A program made the translations under genes and the position numbers. A DNA stretch of 64,000 nt from an uncultured virus (IMG/VR IMGVR_UViG_2061766007_000970) (lineage: Duplodnaviria; Heunggongvirae; Uroviricota; Caudoviricetes). Numbering within the stretch: position 1 is the stretch's first letter; each line of letters starts with the position of its first letter. Where the stretch lies: the IMG/VR virus record IMGVR_UViG_2061766007_000970. One strand, given 5' to 3'. Shown in pieces: positions 20,442 to 29,581 of this stretch. A model generated the notes under the pieces. The model did no database searches, had not been told where the DNA came from, and saw nothing but the letters and a program-made list of their open reading frames with translations.

Positions 20442-22118
20442 TTATTCCTCTTCGTTTTCTGGATTTTTGTTTTCGGCATCATCGCCAATTTCGTCGTTGG
20501 CGCGGCGTTCGAATTCTTCGCGGCTGTCCATCTCAAGGAACTCACGGATATCGTCATCTACGCCGTTGTACCAGTTCACGATGTGGTCGGCTACTTCGTC
20601 GAGGAAGTCGTCTTCTGCGCTGTACAGGTGTTTCAGGTAGGTTTCCTGGTTGCCGTTTTCGTCTTCGTGAACGCGGTTGAGGATTGCCAGGATGAAAGCT
20701 TTTGCTGTCCTGCTGATGTTGCCGAAAACGCCCTTGAGCTTGTTTGCGACAATCCTTTTTTCTTCTTCGCTCGCTTCACGGCGGATTTTTTCGCGACGCT
20801 TGTAATCCATGTGATTCATTTGCCAGTCCCACGAATCCGGGTTTTCGTTGCGGGCCGGATCGGCGGCTTCGTTTCCGTAACCTTCGTGGCGGAACACGTG
20901 GCCCCATTCTGCGGTCTTTTCGTTCACCCAGAACATCGGCTTCTTGCCTTCGGCGATGCTATCCTTGACAAACTCACGTTCGTCTTCTTCTTCCGTCGAA
21001 GTGCTGACATATCCGTTCCATTCGTTCTCGGCATCCATGCGGTCATCTTCGGGGACTTCTTCGAGACCGTCCTTGAGGAACTTCTTTCGCCAGTATTCTG
21101 CTTCTTTTTTGACCTTGTCCTCGAAGCATTCACGGTCGAGGCAGTAGCTGCACTGCACGTCGCCGAACAGATCCAGCTGGCGGTCGCTCCGCTTTTCGCA
21201 ATTGCGACAAAGCTTCTTCGCGTCAAACGGTGCACGTTCAAGTAGCGGGCGGGCATCCATGACGGCACGCTTGAGTTCTTCCGGATTTTTCCGCGTGGCA
21301 AATTCCAAATATTTGGTCACGTCTTCTGGGCTGCACATGGTCAGCACTTCGGCGTGACCAAGGTTGATGCGGCCTTCGGCGAGATACTTCATCGCCTTGT
21401 CGCCAAGCTCGGTGATGCGGCGGCGGCCTTCTGCCCAGCGGGCGGACTTGCCGAACATGGCCCCGATTTCCGTGCGGGTCTTGCCCTGGGCAAAGAGATT
21501 TGCGACTGCGTTCGCCTCGTCAACCGCGTTCATGTTCTCGCGGACGATGTTCTCCGTCGTCGCGAGCGTGTATGCGGTCTCAGCGTCGGCCTCGATGATT
21601 GTGCAGGGGACTTTCTGCATGCCCAGTTCGCGGCATGCCTTGTAGCGGCGGCTACCTGCGATGACTTCGAACGTGCCATCGTCAAGCGGACGCACGGTGA
21701 TGTTTTGCAGCAACCCGTTAGCGTTGATGCTCGCTTTCAAGTCTTCGACGCTTCCGATTTCTGAGCGTGGATTGTTCGGGTTCTCGCGGATTTTCGAGAC
21801 CGCAATTTCCCTGAATTTATCTTGATTCATGTCTTGATCCTTCTTTGAGTTTTTAAACTTTCTCCCTCCGGCGGCTGAACAATTAAGCATAGGAGGTTTT
21901 GTGTGAGTGTTGTGGCGTGCGCCACTGCCGCCATCGGGATTTAAACTTTGTCCGTCAATTTCTTGCAAGCGTTCTTCAATCGCGTCGATTTCCTTCTTGC
22001 CCGGAAATTCGAGGCCGTGACGCTTGCAGAAGTTGCGGCATGCGCGGATGCTCCTGCCTTGCGGCAAGACTCCCAGCTGGACGAACCTTTTGTCAACGTT
22101 TGTCCATGACTTGTACAT
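20442..22118 (-). CDS. ParB/RepB/Spo0J-family protein with N-terminal extension and Cys cluster (alternative start 21830)
   Basis: NPR, GLLQNITVR, IAGSRR, ENIVRE, HTH, C..C...C.D..C. Confidence 0.9.
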   Translation of the reverse strand: MYKSWTNVDKRFVQLGVLPQGRSIRACRNFCKRHGLEFPGKKEIDAIEERLQEIDGQSLNPDGGSGARHNTHTKPPMLNCSAAGGRKFKNSKKDQDMNQDKFREIAVSKIRENPNNPRSEIGSVEDLKASINANGLLQNITVRPLDDGTFEVIAGSRRYKACRELGMQKVPCTIIEADAETAYTLATTENIVRENMNAVDEANAVANLFAQGKTRTEIGAMFGKSARWAEGRRRITELGDKAMKYLAEGRINLGHAEVLTMCSPEDVTKYLEFATRKNPEELKRAVMDARPLLERAPFDAKKLCRNCEKRSDRQLDLFGDVQCSYCLDRECFEDKVKKEAEYWRKKFLKDGLEEVPEDDRMDAENEWNGYVSTSTEEEDEREFVKDSIAEGKKPMFWVNEKTAEWGHVFRHEGYGNEAADPARNENPDSWDWQMNHMDYKRREKIRREASEEEKRIVANKLKGVFGNISRTAKAFILAILNRVHEDENGNQETYLKHLYSAEDDFLDEVADHIVNWYNGVDDDIREFLEMDSREEFERRANDEIGDDAENKNPENEEE

Positions 22119-22121
22119 CGG

Positions 22122-22661
22122 CTAGTCCTTGAACAGGGAACGGAATGCACGGAGTCCACGCATATGGGCTTTCGCATCTTCGAGTGCGCTGTGTGCCTTG
22201 CCGTTTTCTTCTGCGGACTTGATAATCGGGAACTCCTTTTTCAGAGTCCGGTAATCGCAATGATCCCAGAAGTTCCACGGGAAATGGTAGCCGAAGTGTG
22301 CGAAAAAATGCTTGAGAATCGGGAAATCGAAATCCGTTCCGCAACTCCAGACCTTGAAATCGTCTTTCTTGCCCATGGCGAAATTCTTGTAGCACCAAGC
22401 CTTGAAATCCGCGATGCCTTCTTTCGGGTCGTCCTTTCCGCCAAACGATTCGTCGAACACTTCCTTGTCCTTTTTACGCCACCAGTCCATAGTGGAGAGA
22501 TCGTCCTGAAAGCCTTCCTCGACGAGCTTGAGAATGTTGAAGCGGCGGTAGAATTCGCACTGGTTGCCGTCGCGGTCGAAGCCGAACGCCCCAATTGTGA
22601 GAACTTTGCAGCCGGGATTCTGCCCGGTGGTCTCGATGTCGATCATCAGTTCGTTTTTCAT
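22122..22661 (-). CDS. DEDDh 3'-5' exo(ribo)nuclease (Rv2179c-like)
   Basis: MIDIET, WW, FDFPIL, DYRT, H.ALEDA. Confidence 0.85.
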   Translation of the reverse strand: MKNELMIDIETTGQNPGCKVLTIGAFGFDRDGNQCEFYRRFNILKLVEEGFQDDLSTMDWWRKKDKEVFDESFGGKDDPKEGIADFKAWCYKNFAMGKKDDFKVWSCGTDFDFPILKHFFAHFGYHFPWNFWDHCDYRTLKKEFPIIKSAEENGKAHSALEDAKAHMRGLRAFRSLFKD

Positions 22662-22938
22662 AATCCTTCCTTTGAGTTTGTTTGTTAAAACTTGGCGATG
22701 CCCTTGTATTCGCAGTGCTTGAACATCGTGATTTTGATTGCTTTCACGGAGTCTGCGATGAAGCGTGTCTTCGAGCGTTCGATGAACTTGCAGATATCGC
22801 TTACGTCCGGGTGCGGCTTTCCGCTGACTTTCACTTCTGTAATCTTCTTCTGGTCCGTGAATACGCTGACGACGTAAGAGCCGAACCGCGTTTCGCCTTT
22901 GAGCCTTGTGACTTCCATGCATCCCTCCGGGCTTGCGT

Positions 22939-23409
22939 TTAGAACGGCAAGTCTTCCATGTCGGCCTGTTGCTGGGCTTCGTAGGCTTGCTGGAATTCCG
23001 TCTTCGGCTTTTGCTGGCCTTGCGGCTGGCCCTGCGTTGCCGTGCCGTTGCCTTTCGCCGTTCCGCTGGACTTCGGCTTCGCCATCTTCCGCATCTCTGT
23101 GACGAGCACGTAGATTTCGTTATGCTGTTCGTTCGTCTGCGAATTCACCCAGTTGTTATTGCGGAGCTTGCCTTCGACCATCACGCGGTCGCCCTTTGCG
23201 AACTGCATGCGGCTTAGCGTCGTCGCGAGGTTACCCCACGCGGTGCACTTAACCCAAGTGCTCTTGCTTTTCCACTCGTTGCCTTCCTTGTACGGTTCGC
23301 TTGTGCAGACGTCAAAAGTGAATCGCGGCTGGTTCTGCGAACTGAGTATATATTTCGGGTTGTCGCCCAAGTTACCGATAACTTCATAAAAATTCTTGAA
23401 AAGGCTCAT
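22939..23409 (-). CDS. ssb: Single-stranded DNA-binding protein
   Basis: IGNLG.NP, W.....WG, KGD.V.VEG.L, acidic DLPF tail. Confidence 0.95.
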   Translation of the reverse strand: MSLFKNFYEVIGNLGDNPKYILSSQNQPRFTFDVCTSEPYKEGNEWKSKSTWVKCTAWGNLATTLSRMQFAKGDRVMVEGKLRNNNWVNSQTNEQHNEIYVLVTEMRKMAKPKSSGTAKGNGTATQGQPQGQQKPKTEFQQAYEAQQQADMEDLPF

Positions 23410-23971
23410 TTCAATTCTCCGTTCCATTCCTTAGGATATCTTACAGGTTGGCTTCGTGGGTCGCTTTCAGGCAAGAGCCGTGGCGAAAGTGACGGATCTT
23501 CGCCGTTGCGGATGCCGTTGTAATTCATGGCCAATAACCGTGTAGCCCTGCGGACAAATTCCCTGCTACCGCCGTTGGCACATTTCTCTTCGTCTCGTCG
23601 GAGAATGTACCAGGAATATTCCTTTTCCCAGCCAACCTTAAGGCACAGCATGTGCAGGGCGGTCCTGTAGTTGTGCTGCTTGATAACCTGTTGTACAAAT
23701 TCCGGACGCTTGACCATGGCTTACCTATCCTTCGGCAATACCTGCGACAGCCATCGCGAAAAGGAACATCGCGAAACCGAAGCCGGTTGCCAATCCAATT
23801 AAACAGTCCTTCATCACTTGCCTCCGTAAAATTCGACGGCTATATAGAGAGCGGCTGTAGCGATGGCGAAAAACGCGGCGAGGATGCAGACATCGCTGAT
23901 GATGAGGGACTTTTCGTCCGGGTTCTCGTTCAGCCACTTGATAGCGGCCTTTACGTTATCGACGAGTTTTT

Positions 23972-25066
23972 TCATCCTGCCTTTCTCCTTTCGGCTTCGG
24001 CCTTGCAGTAGGCGGTGCAATGGCCTTTCCAGTTGTTGATTGCGACTCCGTCCTTGTCGCAGCCTGGGCGGTCCACGAAGTTCATCTGGTACCACATCCG
24101 GGCGTCGTCAATATCGAGGTTCCTGTCGAGGGCGAAGAGCCTCACGTCCTCGGAGCTTCTCGGCGGGGAGTTCGCCTGCGGCTTCTGCGGTCGGTGACGC
24201 TGGTTGTGGTTGATGACGAACTGCGGGGGAGTGTTGCCCGCCGGATGGCTAGAACCGGCGGACAACGTTTTTCGCCCCTCTCCAGGGCTAGGCATTACCA
24301 GAGCCTCAAAAGAATCCCCTGCGGCGGATGTTCTAGATTCCAGTGCACCACCGTTTCCGGCGTCGGTCATGTTCTCGGAGTCCTTACGGATATCCGCATC
24401 CGTCGCAGGTTCTTCGCGACCGCGCTTGTGGCGGTCGCTCTGGTCATTTGCCGGACTGTCCGGCTGAGCAGCATTCGTGCCGTCTTCGGGACTGCATGAC
24501 GGCGATGCATGCCGACAGCTTGAGCTGTTGTCCCGGGTCTTCGCGTTTTGTCTACACTTATCTAGTCCAGGCATGTCGAGAGCTAAAGGGTTGGAGACTG
24601 TGGTAGTACGGGCAACAGCGACGTTTCCGTCAGTCTCTCCGCCAGCAGCCTCGCGGCGTGCTGAGTCTCCGTTGTTTGTGCTTTCCTTGTCGGGTACTTG
24701 GTAGTTACCTGAGGCGGTTTCTTGGTCGTTAAATTCTTCGAGGCCGTTGCCGCTTTCGTCCGGGGCATTACCGTTCCCGGCGACCTCTTGAGACTTTTGC
24801 TTCTGCTTGCGGGCCTTGGCACTGGCTTTACCGCCTTTCTTGCCAGCTTCCGATTTGGCAGAATATTTCTCGTTGGCAGTTGTTAGCATATCTTTCGTGA
24901 GTTCGTCTTCGGAATCGATATTGCAAAAAAGAAGGTCTTCAGCCATCTTTCTTACCCAATTGGCTAGGCTATCATTGTCGTTGCCAAAATTGTGGACGAT
25001 TCTTGCAAAATCGAGAATCGACAGAGGAACCCATTTAGGTTGCCATGTGACGTTATCTTTAACCAT
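23972..25066 (-). CDS. Putative replication initiator/replisome organiser
   Basis: AGKKGGKASAKAR motif, long low-complexity linker, INNWK C-terminus; syntenic with 55176-56165. Confidence 0.55.
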   Translation of the reverse strand: MVKDNVTWQPKWVPLSILDFARIVHNFGNDNDSLANWVRKMAEDLLFCNIDSEDELTKDMLTTANEKYSAKSEAGKKGGKASAKARKQKQKSQEVAGNGNAPDESGNGLEEFNDQETASGNYQVPDKESTNNGDSARREAAGGETDGNVAVARTTTVSNPLALDMPGLDKCRQNAKTRDNSSSCRHASPSCSPEDGTNAAQPDSPANDQSDRHKRGREEPATDADIRKDSENMTDAGNGGALESRTSAAGDSFEALVMPSPGEGRKTLSAGSSHPAGNTPPQFVINHNQRHRPQKPQANSPPRSSEDVRLFALDRNLDIDDARMWYQMNFVDRPGCDKDGVAINNWKGHCTAYCKAEAERRKAG

Positions 25067-25226
25067 TAACAACCATGTTCTTGTGGAGTTCTTTGATTGC
25101 CATGTTGACAATCATCTTACCGCTTACAGATGATATCGGAATGTTGAGCTTTTGAGAAATCGTTTTTGCGAGTTCCCTTTCCATCATTTCAGATTCTTCT
25201 GTAATTTCACGTAGTATTTTGGCCAT
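25059..25226 (-). CDS. Small RHH-like regulator (55 aa, MAKILREIT...)
   Basis: Hand-translated; KMIVNMAIKELH resembles KSIVIDAVKEMH of the syntenic 56149-56325. Confidence 0.5.
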   Translation of the reverse strand: MAKILREITEESEMMERELAKTISQKLNIPISSVSGKMIVNMAIKELHKNMVVNG

Positions 25227-25587
25227 GATTCTACCTTAGCCATCGATGATGATGGTTACTACGTTTAAACCAGGAGTAAACAATTCGGCAATTTTGAGGG
25301 CTGTCTTGCTATTTTCCTTCAATTGTTCGTGCTTAAATCCGTCGCCAAGCTGATCGATGATTTTTTGGTTGGTCTGGGCGACTCCGTTCAAAACTTCCCA
25401 CACGAATCTTTTTTCGGTCTCGTTCAGCTTGATTGTTTTGATGTCGGTCATGATAGCCTCGCTTGTTTGTTTTAAAAACAAAGTTTTTGATTTACAATTG
25501 AAAATATATAAACTGAAAAACAAAAAAGCAATAGGTAAACAAAAAAAATTTGTTTTTTAATCAAATGATTTTTAAATTTTGCTTTGG

Positions 25588-25956
25588 ATGGATATTGAAG
25601 CTTACAGACTGAGAAAAAAGAAAACGGTTGCAGATTTAGCTGAAATGCTAGGAGTTAAAGAAGCCGCCGTTTACAATTACAAGTACGGAAAAAGTAAACC
25701 GTCTTATGAATCCATCGAAAAGATGTTACTTGATGGGGCCTACATATCTGAAGTCTTTTCTGATTCTGTTCAAGATAAGGTTATAATGGCTCTTCGAGAA
25801 TGTCTCAAGGCTCCCGTCCTTGGCGGTCAGCTTCCTCCGGAAATCGCCAACGACCCGGACTTCCTCGCCGGTCAAAATCAGGCCTTGAAAGACATCGAGG
25901 CTAAAATTGAGGCTCGCATCACGGCAAAGCTCAAAGCAAAAGGAATAGACCTTTAA
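25588..25956 (+). CDS. CI-like XRE HTH repressor (phage A)
   Basis: LAEMLGV....VYNY..G.SKP; divergent from the early operon. Confidence 0.8.
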   Translation: MDIEAYRLRKKKTVADLAEMLGVKEAAVYNYKYGKSKPSYESIEKMLLDGAYISEVFSDSVQDKVIMALRECLKAPVLGGQLPPEIANDPDFLAGQNQALKDIEAKIEARITAKLKAKGIDL

Positions 25957-26056
25957 ACACTATAAAAACTGGATGGGGTGTGGCGACCGTCGAAACTTTT
26001 GGGCCTAAAAAATGAAATAGGAAAAAACAGAACTTATATTTTAAAGGAGAAAAAAA

Positions 26057-26161
26057 ATGAAAGGAGCTATTTCATGTGCAACGATGGAAACAGGTGCAAA
26101 GGTACCGAATCTCCCGACGCCGGAACCGCCTCCGCCAGCGAAACAGGCTTGTGGAAACTGA
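26057..26161 (+). CDS. Pro-rich micropeptide (34 aa) overlapping the next gene
   Basis: AAGGAG RBS; MKGAISCATMETGAKVPNLPTPEPPPPAKQACGN*. Confidence 0.45.
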   Translation: MKGAISCATMETGAKVPNLPTPEPPPPAKQACGN

Positions 26162-26619
26162 AGTTCAACACGTTCTACTCATACAAGTGGCATGCCGGCC
26201 TTTACCGTTTCTGGAAGTTTTGGGAAGAGGCTACCGCCATCCTTCCGGTGCTTCTCAGCCTGTCGGTTGTAGGCAACGCCGCCGATAAAATTGACCCCGA
26301 GTGCAGCCTGGTCCTTGCTGCGGTAAGCACGCTTCTTTCGCTGTTCTCGATCGCCAAGGGCTTTGGCGCCAAGGCTGCGTTTTACAGTTCGCAAAGCAAG
26401 CGGTATCTGTCGCTGTTTACCCGCGAAGAACTCCCGGATGCCGTCAGCAAGTTGAACGATCTAAACAACGAGTTTGTCAAAATTCAGGAAGACGACCGAG
26501 AGGAAGGCTTGGATACCTACGACATAAGCTGCTACAACAAGGCCGCCGTCAAGATGGGTGTGCCCGACGCGTGTAAGCCGTTGTCCTGGCTTCGTAAAAT
26601 TACAATGTGTTTCTTTTAG
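26074..26619 (+). CDS. Two-TM SLATT-like membrane protein
   Basis: Own AAGGAG RBS; helix-TM-TM-helical tail; counterpart of 57008-57529. Confidence 0.55.
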   Translation: MCNDGNRCKGTESPDAGTASASETGLWKLKFNTFYSYKWHAGLYRFWKFWEEATAILPVLLSLSVVGNAADKIDPECSLVLAAVSTLLSLFSIAKGFGAKAAFYSSQSKRYLSLFTREELPDAVSKLNDLNNEFVKIQEDDREEGLDTYDISCYNKAAVKMGVPDACKPLSWLRKITMCFF

Positions 26620-26632
26620 CGTTCGGAACGAC

Positions 26633-26666
26633 AAAAGCCCGGATTTCTCCGGGCTGTTTTTTTTTC
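26633..26666. terminator. Bidirectional terminator
   Basis: AAAA-GCCCGGA-TTTC-TCCGGGC-T tract between convergent genes; same stem at 57537-57554. Confidence 0.8.
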
Positions 26667-26667
26667 T

Positions 26668-27084
26668 TTAGACAAACTGGATTTCCAGGCGTTTTCCCAT
26701 GCTTTGGGCGATGCGCTTTAGCATCTTGACGCTTAAATTTGCCTTGCGGCTTTCGAGCCGCTGGTACGCCTGTTTTGTCATGCCCATTTCACGGGCGATT
26801 GTTGCTTGCGGTACTTTTCCGCGTGCGGCTGCCACTTGTAGTGCCACGGCGAGTTCAGGATCTACTTCTATACGGTAAAGTCCTTTGCTTTCGTTGGCTT
26901 TTGTCTTGCTGACGGGTAACGGTTCGCCGTCAAAGACGTCTTCGAGAGTGAGTTCCATCGCCTCACGTGCTCTCTCAAGTGCCTCTTCAAGCGTATTTCC
27001 CTGCGTAAAGCACCCGTCAAGGTCGGGGAACGATACGGAGTAGCCGCCGTCCTTCTCCTTGGTTAGTTTCGCAGTATAGTTCAT
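26668..27084 (-). CDS. hicB: HicB antitoxin with C-terminal HTH
   Basis: GYSVSFPDLDGCFTQG.TLEEA motif. Confidence 0.95.
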   Translation of the reverse strand: MNYTAKLTKEKDGGYSVSFPDLDGCFTQGNTLEEALERAREAMELTLEDVFDGEPLPVSKTKANESKGLYRIEVDPELAVALQVAAARGKVPQATIAREMGMTKQAYQRLESRKANLSVKMLKRIAQSMGKRLEIQFV

Positions 27085-27203
27085 ATTAGCTCCATTGGGT
27101 TGTCTTTTTTTTATTGTCTTATTTCTTAATCGTTGGTTTTTATTTTTTTTCTGTCTATTATTCCTTTTTTTTTTGAATGTGCTAAAGAAAATGGGGAGGG
27201 ACT

Positions 27204-27398
27204 CTATTTGAGTCCCGCCTGCTTCTTGATCGATTTTTCCGTTCCGGGCTTCAAGACTTCCTTCAATCCGTGCCCCGCCGGGATTGTGACCTTGTGGCCT
27301 TTGTCGTCGGCGAAGCGGAAGTGGGAGCCTTTGGACCTGATTTTCCGGAAACCGTTCGATTCAAGAAGTTTTACCATTTCTTTTACTGTCGTTTCCAT
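27204..27398 (-). CDS. hicA: HicA mRNA interferase toxin
   Basis: GF...RSKGSH...VTIP...L.PGT..SI.KQAGL. Confidence 0.95.
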   Translation of the reverse strand: METTVKEMVKLLESNGFRKIRSKGSHFRFADDKGHKVTIPAGHGLKEVLKPGTEKSIKKQAGLK

Positions 27399-27740
27399 GT
27401 TTATAATATATAATATATTTTGACGAATATCAATATATATATTGACTTTTTATAAAAAATACCGGGCTAAATTAACCCGCGTTAACCAATTTTTAACGTT
27501 TGAAGTTAAATTGTGTTTTTCGCCTTGCGATTTGCAAGGTTTTTGCGTATATTTTAGATACTCTCAAGGCCTGACCGTGGACTCATCTCCAAATCAGCGG
27601 GCGACGATCTCTCTTATCATCTCGATCGCCTCTTCCACGGTCAGGCTTTTTTCGAACACTTTCAGCAAAATTGCATAAATATAACCCATCGTTTTCACAC
27701 GCCCCTCGCGTCTAATTCCTACTATTTTGATATAAATATA

Positions 27741-27805
27741 ACACTTTTTGTGATACAAATATCACTTTTTGTGAAACTTTTTATAAAAAGTTCTACTTTT
27801 TGTAG
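27741..27805. promoter_or_regulatory. Putative operator array AC-TTTTT-GT upstream of the second HTH gene
   Basis: acACTTTTTGTga, tcACTTTTTGTga, ctACTTTTTGTag. Confidence 0.55.
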
Positions 27806-27828
27806 GATTTTAGAGTATATTTTAGGGC

Positions 27829-28176
27829 ATGGTTAATGTTCAGGACTTTATCAACCGCACCGGGATTGGCTCTCACAAGGAGCTTGCAGACAGGCTTGGA
27901 ATCAAAAAGAGGGCCGTCGATAGCTGGAGTTCGGGCGACAGATACCCGACTTACGAGATGATTGGTCAACTTTTCAGGATGGGGATGACGCTGGAGGAGC
28001 TTTTCGGCAAGGAGATTGCCAATATCGTTAAAGCCCAGCTAAAAGCCGAGTTGCTTGAAGAGCAGGCGAAGAACGCGGATGCCGCTTTCGAGCGCAAAGC
28101 GGAATTTTTCCTCAAAAAAATCATTTCGAAAATCGACAAGACCGACATTGACGCATCAGAAGGAGATAACAGATGA
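27829..28176 (+). CDS. XRE HTH regulator
   Basis: ELADRLGI....VDSW..G.RYP. Confidence 0.8.
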   Translation: MVNVQDFINRTGIGSHKELADRLGIKKRAVDSWSSGDRYPTYEMIGQLFRMGMTLEELFGKEIANIVKAQLKAELLEEQAKNADAAFERKAEFFLKKIISKIDKTDIDASEGDNR

Positions 28177-28412
28177 CACCAGAAGAGTACGAGGTTGCTT
28201 TCTGCAAGGGCAGACGGCAAGAGATGGAAGATTTCGTCGAGTGGCTTGACGACCATGTAACGGTCGCCAAGTCCGCGCTTGCTGACGGAGTTTCGAGCGA
28301 AAAGGTGCTGGAACGCACGATCGAGTTCATGGACCAGCTCGCACGCCGGATGGAGAAAAAGCTCGAAAAAGGGCCAAAGCTCATATCCGTCGGGGTGACG
28401 GAAAAGGGCTGA
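28173..28412 (+). CDS. Hypothetical protein
   Basis: AAGGAG RBS; ATGA overlap with the HTH gene. Confidence 0.6.
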   Translation: MTPEEYEVAFCKGRRQEMEDFVEWLDDHVTVAKSALADGVSSEKVLERTIEFMDQLARRMEKKLEKGPKLISVGVTEKG

Positions 28413-28498
28413 AGTTGACGGAATTAACCGATTTTTGACAATTAAAGTTAAAACACTTTGACGCCTCGCGTGCTGAAATGTATATTTAAGACAGATAA

Positions 28499-28966
28499 GT
28501 GAGTGTTGTGTCAATGATCCAATCCAAAAATAAATACAGCGTTTCCGATGACGAGGTTAAAATCGACATCGAGGCTCTTGAAAAGGAGCTGGATAATTCC
28601 GACTGGTCCCGTGGATGGGAACAGGGCCAAATCGACGCTATCAAGGCGATGCAAGACAATTTATTGCCCAGAAACGACCTTGTACTCCGTTCGGCTGAAA
28701 TCATCGTCAAGATGATGAAGAAAAAGTTCGGAGATGTGTTTGGCCGCGTTTTTGCAGGTTTTAACGGCAATTATGATGAACCGGCTGTCTTGCTTTGCCT
28801 CAAGGACGGTGCAAGCTGCAAGCGTGGCGATGTTATCACGTATGGTGTCGATATCTTGCCCGGTTTCGAATCTTCGGGGCTAATCCCACTGCGAGTGCTT
28901 GCCACTAGGCAGAAATCGACTGATTTTGAAACTGTCGCAAGCGACTTCCAGTTCGAGAGAAAGTAA
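28499..28966 (+). CDS. Hypothetical protein, possible degenerate MNT-like antitoxin
   Basis: Translationally coupled (TAATG) to a HEPN gene. Confidence 0.45.
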   Translation: MSVVSMIQSKNKYSVSDDEVKIDIEALEKELDNSDWSRGWEQGQIDAIKAMQDNLLPRNDLVLRSAEIIVKMMKKKFGDVFGRVFAGFNGNYDEPAVLLCLKDGASCKRGDVITYGVDILPGFESSGLIPLRVLATRQKSTDFETVASDFQFERK

Positions 28967-29439
28967 TGCCAAGCTACGATAAGCATGTTGCCCAGGCGAA
29001 ACACAACAGGTCGCTTGTGACAGAACTGAGTGCGGATTATTGCGACTGGATTGTGACGGTCTGTTTTTATTCCGTGCTTCACATGGTCGAGGCCATGATT
29101 TACGAGTGCGAACACTTGCGTGCTCCGTCAAACCCGTTACCAAGGTTTTCGACGCAAAGGACTCTTGTCAAGATTTCGGGCGTAAAGCATTCGTCTGAGC
29201 TTTCCAAGAACTATTGCAGAAACGGTCATGAACTCCGCGATTGCCTGATCAGTGACAATTTTTGGTATTTTAAGGGCGTAGGCAGGTCGTGCATGATTCT
29301 GCGTGGCGTTTCTCAAAGTGCCAGATACGATTGTCAAGAGATTGACGGGGATGATGCCGATTTTGCACGCGACAAGCTGTTCGAGGCCGTAACGGACTTT
29401 AACGCGTGGGCAATCCCGAAAAACCTTGAAACAGTATAA
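28966..29439 (+). CDS. HEPN-domain protein (putative RNase toxin)
   Basis: H..QA.HN, DWIVTVCFYSVLHMVEA, S.SARY pattern. Confidence 0.7.
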   Translation: MPSYDKHVAQAKHNRSLVTELSADYCDWIVTVCFYSVLHMVEAMIYECEHLRAPSNPLPRFSTQRTLVKISGVKHSSELSKNYCRNGHELRDCLISDNFWYFKGVGRSCMILRGVSQSARYDCQEIDGDDADFARDKLFEAVTDFNAWAIPKNLETV

Positions 29440-29458
29440 TTAATTACCCAATATCCCT

Positions 29459-29483
29459 CCCCGGCGTTGTCCGGGGCTTTTTT
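29459..29483 (+). terminator. Rho-independent terminator
   Basis: CCCCGG-CGTTGT-CCGGGG + T tract. Confidence 0.7.
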
Positions 29484-29490
29484 ATGTGTC

Positions 29491-29571
29491 TGCTAGACGT
29501 TCAACGGACGTTTGAACGTCTAGCACTGCTTAACGTTTGCTTGAAGCACTGCTTAACGTTTGCTTGAAGCA
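29491..29571. repeat. 14-bp inverted repeat followed by a 23-bp tandem repeat running into a gap
   Basis: TGCTAGACGTTCAA/TTGAACGTCTAGCA; (AGCACTGCTTAACGTTTGCTTGA)x2 plus a partial third copy. Confidence 0.85.
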
Positions 29572-29581
29572 NNNNNNNNNN

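Larger units (their letters stand above)
1..29571. mobile_element. Temperate phage/prophage A (tail, DGR, lysis, integrase, early, immunity and accessory modules); 6178-10176 probably holds intercalated phage B contigs
   Basis: Tyrosine integrase + excisionase-like gene, ParB, Ssb, replication protein, CI-like HTH, NlpC/P60 lysin, tail proteins; boundaries blurred by N gaps. Confidence 0.8.

Noticed and set aside
29522..29571. CRISPR array
   Set aside because: Repeats are contiguous with no spacers, and no cas genes were seen
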